A stretch of DNA of 64,000 nucleotides from Eledone cirrhosa (lineage: Eukaryota). This document shows, piece by piece, positions 53,195-61,000 of this stretch; within the stretch, counting starts at the first letter, position 1; the number at the start of each line of letters is the position of its first letter. The stretch lies in assembly GCA_964016885.1 (NCBI GenBank), contig CAXHJY010000054.1:120195-184194 (forward strand). The letters are read 5' to 3'. The position numbers and the translations under genes are program-made. The notes below the pieces were generated by a model, which ran no database searches, had not been told where the DNA came from, and saw nothing but the letters and a program-made list of their open reading frames with translations.

Positions 53195-56100
53195 GCTTAG
53201 CTTAGCTTAGCTTAGGATAGCTTAGCTTAGCTTAGGATAGCTTAGCTTAGGATAGCTTAGCTTAGGATAGCTTAGGAAAGCTTAGCTTAGGATAGCTTAG
53301 CTTGGCTTAGGATAGCTTAGCTTAGCTTAGGATAGCTTAGCTTAGCTTAGCTTAGGATAGCTTAGCTTAGCTTAGCTTAGCTTAGGATAGCTTAGCTTAG
53401 GATAGCTTAGCTTAGGATAGCTTAGCTTAAGATAGCTTAGGATAGCTTAGCTTAGGATAGCTTAGGATAGCTTAGCTTAGGATAGCTTAGCTTAGCTTAG
53501 CTTAGCTTAGCTTAGCTTGGCTTAGGATAGCTTAGCTTAGCTTGGCTTAGGATAGCTTAGCTTAGCTTTGCTTAGGATAGCCTAGCTTAGCTTAGCTTAG
53601 GATGGCTTAGCTTAGCTTAGCTTAGGATAGCTTAGCTTAGCTTAGCTTAGGATAGCTTAGCTTAGTTTAGGATAGCTTAGCTTAGCTTAGCTTAGGATAG
53701 CTTAGCTTAGCTTGGCTTAGGATAGCTTAGCTTAGCTTAGCTTAGGATAGCTTAGCTTAGGATAGCTTAGCTTAGGATAGCTTAGGATAGCTTAGCTTAG
53801 GATAGCTTAGCTTAGGATAGCTTAGGACAGCTTAGCTTAGGATAGCTTAGGATAGCTTAGCTTAGGATAGCTTAGGATAGCTTAGCTTAGCTTAGCTTAG
53901 GATAGCTTAGCTTAGCTTAGCTTAGGATAGCTTAGGATAGCTTAGCTTAGGATAGCTTTGGATAGCTTAGCTTAGGATAGCTTAGCTTAGGATAGCTTAG
54001 CTTAGGATAGCTTAGGATAGCTTAGCTTAGGATAGCTTAGGATATCTTAGCTTAGGATAGCTTAGCTTAGGATAGCTTAGGATAGTTTAGCTTAGCTTAG
54101 GATAGCTTAGCTTAGCTTAGCTTAGGATAGCTTAGCTTAGCTTAGCTTAGGATAGCTTAGGATAGCTTAGCTTAGGATAGCTTAGCTTAGGATAGCTTAG
54201 CTTAGGATAGCTTAGGTTAGCTTAGGATAGCTTAGCTTAGGATAGCTTAGCTTAGGATAGCTTAGGATAGCTTAGCTTAGCTTAGCTTAGGATAGCTTAG
54301 CTTAGCTAAGGATAGCTTAGCTTAGCTTAGGATAGCTTAGCTTAGCTTAGCTTAGGATAGCTTAGCTTAGCTTAGCTTAGGATAGCTTAGCTTAGCTTAG
54401 CTTAGGATAGCTTAGCTTAGGATAGCTTAGCTTAGGATAGCTTAGCTTAGGATAGCTTAGGATAGCTTAGCTTAGCTTAGCTTAGGATAGCTTAGCTTAG
54501 CTTAGCTTAGCTTAGGATAGCTTAGCTTAGCTTAGGATAGCTTAGCTTAGCTTAGCTTAGGATAGCTTAGCTTAGGATAGCTTAGGATAGCTTAGCTTAG
54601 CTTAGCTTAGCTTAGCTTAGCTTAGGATAGCTTAGCTTAGCTTAGCTTAGGATAGCTTAGCTTAGCTTAGCTTAGGATAGCTTAGCTTAGCTTAGGATAG
54701 CTTAGCTTAGCTTAGCTTAGGATAGCTTAGCTTAGCTTAGCTTACGATAGCTTAGCTTAGCTTAGCTTAGGATAGCTTAGCTTAGCTTAGCTTAGGATAG
54801 CTTAGCTTAGCTTAGCTTAGCATAGCTTAGCTTAGCTTAGCTTAGGATAGCTTAGCTTAGCTTAGCTTAGGATAGCTTAGCTTAGGATAGCTTAGCTTAG
54901 GATAGCTTAGCTTAGGATAGCTTAGGATAGCTTAGTTTAGCTTAGCTTAGGATAGCTTAGCTTAGCTTAGGATAGCTTAGCTTAGCTTAGCTTAGGATAG
55001 CTTAGCTTAGCTTAGGATAGCTTAGGATAGCTTAGCTTAGGATAGCTTAGGATAGCTTAGCTTAGGATAGCTTAGCTTAGGATAGCTTAGCTTAGGATAG
55101 CTTAGGATAGCTTAGCTTATCTTAGGATAGCTTAGGATAGCTTAGCTTAGGATAGCTTAGGATAGCTTAGCTTAGCTTAGCTTAGGATAGCTTAGCTTAG
55201 CTTAGCTTTGGATAGCTTAGCTTAGCTTAGCTTAGGATAGCTTAGCTTAGCTTAGCTTAGCTTAGGATAGCTTAGGATAGCTTAGCTTAGGTTAGCTTAG
55301 GATAGCTTAGCTTAGGATAGCTTAGGATAGCTTAGGATAGCTTAGCTTGGGATAGCTTAGCTTAGGACAGCTTAGCTTAGGATAGCTTAGGTTAGCTTAG
55401 GATAGCTTAGCTTAGGATAGCTTAGGATAGCTTAGGATAGCTTAGCTTAGGATAGCTTAGCTTAGCTTAGCTTAGGATAGCTTAGCTTAGCTTAGCTTAG
55501 GAGAGCTTAGCTTAGCTTAGGATAGCTTAGCTTAGGATAGCTTAGCTTAGCTTAGCTTAGGATAGCTTAGCTTAGCTTAGGATAGCTTAGCTTAGCTTAG
55601 CTTAGGATAGCTTAGCTTAGCTTAGGATAGCTTAGCTTAGGATAGCTTAGCTTAGGATAGCTTAGCTTAGGATAGCTTAGGATAGCTTAGCTTAGGATAG
55701 CTTAGCTTAGGATAGCTTAGGATAGCTTAGCTTAGGATAGCTTAGCTTAGCTTAGCTTAGGATAGCTTAGCTTAGCTTAGCTTAGGATAGCTTAGCTTAG
55801 GATAGCTTAGGATAGCTTAGCTTAGCTTAGCTTAGGATAGCTTAGCTTAGCTTAGCTTAGGATAGCTTAGCTTAGCTTAGCTCAGGATAGCTTAGCTTGG
55901 GATAGCTTATCTTAGCTTAGCTTAGGATAGCTTAGCTTAGGATAGCTTAGCTTAGCTTAGCTTAGGATAGCTTAGCTTAGCTTGGCTTAGGATAGCTTAG
56001 CTTAGCTTAGGATAGCCTAGCTTAGCTTAGCTTAGGATGGCTTAGCTTAGCTTAGCTTAGGATAGCTTAGCTTAGTTTAGGATAGCTTAGCTTAGCTTAG

Positions 56101-58004
56101 CTTAGGATAGCTTAGGATAGCTTAGCTTAGGATGGCTTAGGATAGCTTAGCTTAGGATAGCTTAGGTTAGCTTAGCTTAGGATAGCTTAGCTTAGGATAG
56201 CTTAGCTTAGGATAGCTTAGGATAGCTTAGCTTAGGATAGCTTAGCTTAGGATAGCTTAGGAAAGCTTAGCTTAGCTTAGCTTAGGATAGCTTAGCTTAG
56301 CTTAGCTTAGGATAGCTTAGCTTAGCTTAGCTTAGGATAGCTTAGCTTAGCTTAGCTTAGGATAGCTTAGGATAGCTTAGCTTAGGTTAGCTTAGCTTAG
56401 GATAGCTTAGGATAGCTTAGCTTAGGATAGCTTAGGATAGCTTAGCTTAGGATAGCTTAGGATAGCTTAGCTTAGCTTAGCTTAGGATAGCTTAGCTTAG
56501 CTTAGCTTAGGATAGCTTAGCTTAGCTTAGCTTAGCTTAGGATAGCTTAGCTTAGCTTAGCTTAGGATAGCTTAGCTTAGCTTAGCTTAGGATAGCTTAG
56601 GATAGCTTAGCTTAGGATAGTTTAGGATAGCTTAGCTTAGGTTAGCTTAGGATAGCTTAGCTTAGGATAGCTTAGGATAGCTTAGCTTAGGATAGCTTAG
56701 CTTAGGATAGCTTAGCTTAGCTTAGCTTAGGATAGCTTAGCTTAGGATAGCTTAGGATAGCTTAGCTTAGGATAGCTTAGCTTAGGATAGCTTAGGATAG
56801 CTTAGCTTAGCTTAGCTTAGCTTAGGATAGCTTAGCTTAGGATAGCTTAGCTTAGCTTAGGATAGCTTAGCTTAGCTTAGCTTAGCTTAGGATAGATTAG
56901 GATAGCTTAGCTTAGGATAGCTTAGCTTAGGATAGCTTAGCTTAGCTTAGCTTAGGATAGCTTAGCTTGGGATAGCTTAGGATAGCTTAGCTTAGGATAG
57001 CTTAGCTTAGCTTAGCTTAGGATAGCTTAGCTTAGCTTAGCTTAGGATAGCTTAGCTTAGGATAGCTTAGCTTAGCTTAGCTTAGGATAGCTTAGCTTAG
57101 CTTAGCTTAGGATAGCTTAGCTTAGCTTAGCTTAGGATAGCTTAGCTTAGCTTAGCTTAGGATAGCTTAGCTTAGCTTAGCTTAGGATAGCTTAGCTTAG
57201 CTTAGCTTAGCTTAGAATAGCTTAGCTTAGGATAGCTTAGCTTAGGATAGCTTAGCTTAGGATAGCTTAGGATAGCTTAGCTTAGGATAGCTTAGCTTAG
57301 CTTAGCTTAGGATAGCTTAGCTTAGCTTAGGATAGCTTAGCTTAGGATAGCTTAGGAAAGCTTAGCTTAGGATAGCTTAGCTTGGCTTAGGATAGCTTAG
57401 CTTAGCTTAGCTTAGGATAGCTTAGCTTAGCTTAGCTTAGGATAGCTTAGCTTAGCTTAGCTTAGGATAGCTTAGCTTAGTTTAGGATAGCTTAGCTTAG
57501 CTTAGCTTAGGATAGCTTAGGATAGCTTAGCTTAGGATAGCTTAGGATAGCTTAGCTTAGGATAGCTTAGGATAGCATAGGTTAGGATAGCTTAGCTTAG
57601 GATAGCTTAGGATAGCTTAGGATAGCTTAGCTTAGGATAGCTTAGCTTAGGATAGCTTAGGAAAGCTTAGCTTAGCTTAGCTTAGGATAGCTTAGCTTAG
57701 CTTAGCTTAGGATAGCTTAGCTTAGCTTAGCTTAGGATAGCTTAGGATAGCTTAGCTTAGGATAGCTTAGGATAGCTTAGGATAGCTTAGCTTAGGATAG
57801 CTTAGCTTAGGATAGCTTAGCTTAGGATAGCTTAGGATAGCTTAGCTTAGCTTAGCTTAGGATAGCTTAGGATAGCTTAGCTTAGCTTAGCTTAGCTTAG
57901 GATAGCTTAGCTTAGCTTAGGATAGCTTAGGATAGCTTAGCTTAGGATAGCTTAGGATAGCTTAGCTTAGGATAGCTTAGCTTAGGATAGATTAGCTTAG
58001 CTTA
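53195..58004 (+). repeat. Segmental duplication A, copy 2
   Basis: GGAAA 53275, AGATA 53430, GGACA 53825, CGATA 54745, GCTCA 55880, GAATA 57215, GCATA-GGTTA 57575, GATTA 57990. Offset to copy 1 is a constant 53,194. Unit order departs from copy 1 just after ~58004. Confidence 0.93.
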
Positions 58005-61000
58005 GCTTAGGATAGCTTAGCTTAGCTTAGCTTAGGATAGCTTAGCTTAGCTTAGGATAGCTTAGCTTAGCTTAGCTTAGGATAGCTTAGCTTAGCTTAG
58101 CTTAGGATAGCTTAGCTTAGCTTAGGATAGCTTAGCTTAGCTTAGCTTAGCTTAGCTTAGGATAGCTTAGCTTAGCTTAGCTTAGGATAGCTTAGCTTAG
58201 CTTAGCTTAGGATAGCTTAGCTTAGGATAGCTTAGCTTAGGATAGCTTAGCTTAGGTTAGCTTAGCTTAGCTTAGCTTAGGATAGCTTAGGATAGCTTAG
58301 CTTAGGATAGCTTAGCTTAGCTTAGCATAGCTTAGCTTAGCTTAGCTTAGGATAGCTTAGCTTAGCTTAGCTTAGCTTAGGATAGCTTAGCTTAGCTTAG
58401 CTTAGGATTGCTTAGCTTAGCTTAGCTTAGGATAGCTTAGCTTAGCTTAGCTTAGGATAGCTTAGCTTAGCTTAGGATAGCTTAGCTTAGCTTAGGATAG
58501 CTTAGCTTAGCTTAGCTTAGCTTAGGATAGCTTAGCTTAGCTTAGCTTAGGATAGCTTAGGATAGCTTAGGATAGCTTAGCTTAGCTTAGGATAGCTTAG
58601 CTTAGCTTAGGATAGCTTAGCTTAGCTTAGCTTAGGATAGCTTAGCTTAGCTTAGCTTAGGATAGCTTAGCTTAGCTTAGCTTAGGATAGCTTAGGATAG
58701 CTTAGGATAGCTTAGCTTAGCTTAGCTTAGGATAGCTTAGCTTAGCTTAGGATAGCTTAGCTTAGCTTAGCTTAGGATAGATTAGCTTAGCTTAGCTTAG
58801 GATAGATTAGCTTAGCTTAGCTTAGGATAGATTAGCTTAGCTTAGGATAGCTTAGCTTAGCTTAGCTTAGGAAAGCTTAGCTTAGCTTAGGATAGCTTAG
58901 CTTAGCTTAGCTTAGCTTAGCTTAGCTTAGCTTAGGTAGCTTAGCTTAGCTTAGCTTAGGATAGCTTAGCTTAGCTTAGCTTAGCTTAGCTTAGCTTAGG
59001 ATAGCTTAGCTTAGCTTAGCTTAGGAGAGCTTAGCTTAGCTTAGCTTAGGATAGCTTAGGATAGCTTAGCTTAGGATAGCTTAGGATAGCTTACCTTAGG
59101 AGAGCTTAGCTTAGGATAGCTTAGCTTAGGATAGCTTAGGATAGCTTAGCTTAGGATAGCTTAGCTTAGGATAGCTTAGCTTAGGATAGCTTAGCTTAGC
59201 TTAGCTTAGGATAGCTTAGCTTAGCTTAGCTTAGGATAGCTTAGCTTAGGTTAGCTTAGCTTAGCTTAGCTTAGCTTAGGATAGCTTAGCTTAGGATAGC
59301 TTAGCTTAGCTTAGCTTAGGATAGCTTAGCTTAGCTTAGCTTAGGATAGCTTAGCTTAGCTTAGCTTAGGATAGCTTAGCTTAGCTTAGGATAGCTTAGC
59401 TTAGCTTAGCTTAGGATAGCTTAGCTTAGCTTAGGATAGCTTAGCTTAGCTTAGCTTAGGATAGCTTAGCTTAGCTTAGCTTAGGATAGCTTAGCTTAGC
59501 TTAGCTTAGGATAGCTTAGGATAGCTTAGCTTAGCTTAGGATAGCTTAGCTTAGCTTAGCTTAGCTTAGGATAGCTTAGCTTAGCTTAGCTTAGGATAGC
59601 TTAGCTTAGCTTAGCTTAGGATAGCTTAGCTTAGCTTAGCTTAGGATAGATTAGCTTAGCTTAGGATAGCTTAGCTTAGCTTAGCTTAGAATAGCTTAGG
59701 ATAGCTTAGCTTAGGATAGCTTAGGATAGCTTAGGTTAGGATAGCTTAGCTTAGGATAGCTTAGGATAGCTTAGCTTAGGATAGCTTAGGATAGCTTAGC
59801 TTAGGATAGCTTAGGATAGCTTAGCTTAGGATAGCTTAGCTTAGGATAGCTTAGGAAAGCTTAGCTTAGCTTAGCTTAGGATAGCTTAGCTTAGCTTAGC
59901 TTAGGATAGCTTAGCTTAGCTTAGCTTAGGATAGCTTAGGATAGCTTAGCTTAGGATAGCTTAGGATAGCTTAGCTTAGGATAGCTTAGCTTAGGATAGC
60001 TTAGCTTAGGATAGCTTAGGATATCTTAGCTTAGGATAGCTTAGGATAGCTTAGCTTAGGATAGCTTAGCTTAGGATAGCTTAGGATAGCTTAGCTTAGC
60101 TTAGCTTAGGATAGCTTAGCTTAGCTTAGCTTAGGATAGCTTAGCTTAGCTTAGCTTAGCTTAGGATAGCTTAGCTTAGCTTAGGATAGCTTAGGATAGC
60201 TTAGCTTAGGATAGCTTAGGATAGCTTAGCTTAGGATAGCTTAGGATAGCTTAGCTTAGAATAGCTTAGGATAGCTTAGCTTAGGATAGCTTAGCTTAGG
60301 ATAGCTTAGCTTAGCTTAGCTTAGGATAGCTTAGCTTAGGATAGCTTAGGATAGCTTAGCTTAGGATAGCTTAGGATAGCTTAGCTTAGGATAGCTTAGC
60401 TTAGGATAGCTTAGGATAGCTTAGCTTAGCTTAGCTTAGGATAGCTTAGCTTAGCTTAGCTTAGGATAGCTTAGCTTAGCTTAGGATAGCTTAGCTTAGC
60501 TTAGCTTAGGATAGCTTAGCTTAGCTTAGCTTAGGATAGCTTAGCTTAGCTTAGGATAGCTTAGCTTAGCTTAGCTTAGGATAGCTTAGCTTAGCTTAGC
60601 TTAGGATAGCTTAGCTTAGGATAGCTTAGCTTAGGATAGCTTAGCTTAGGTTAGCTTAGCTTAGCTTAGCTTAGGATAGCTTAGGATAGCTTAGCTTAGG
60701 ATAGCTTAGCTTAGCTTAGCTTAGCTTAGCTTAGGATAGCTTAGCTTAGGATAGCTTAGGATTGCTTAGCTTAGCTTAGCTTAGGATAGCTTAGCTTAGC
60801 TTAGCTTAGGATAGCTTAGCTTAGCTTAGGATAGCTTAGCTTAGCTTAGCTTAGGATAGCTTAGCTTAGCTTAGCTTAGGATAGCTTAGGATAGCTTAGG
60901 ATAGCTTAGCTTAGCTTAGCTTAGGATAGCTTAGCTTAGCTTAGGATAGCTTAGCTTAGCTTAGCTTAGGATAGCTTAGCTTAGCTTAGGATAGCTTAGC

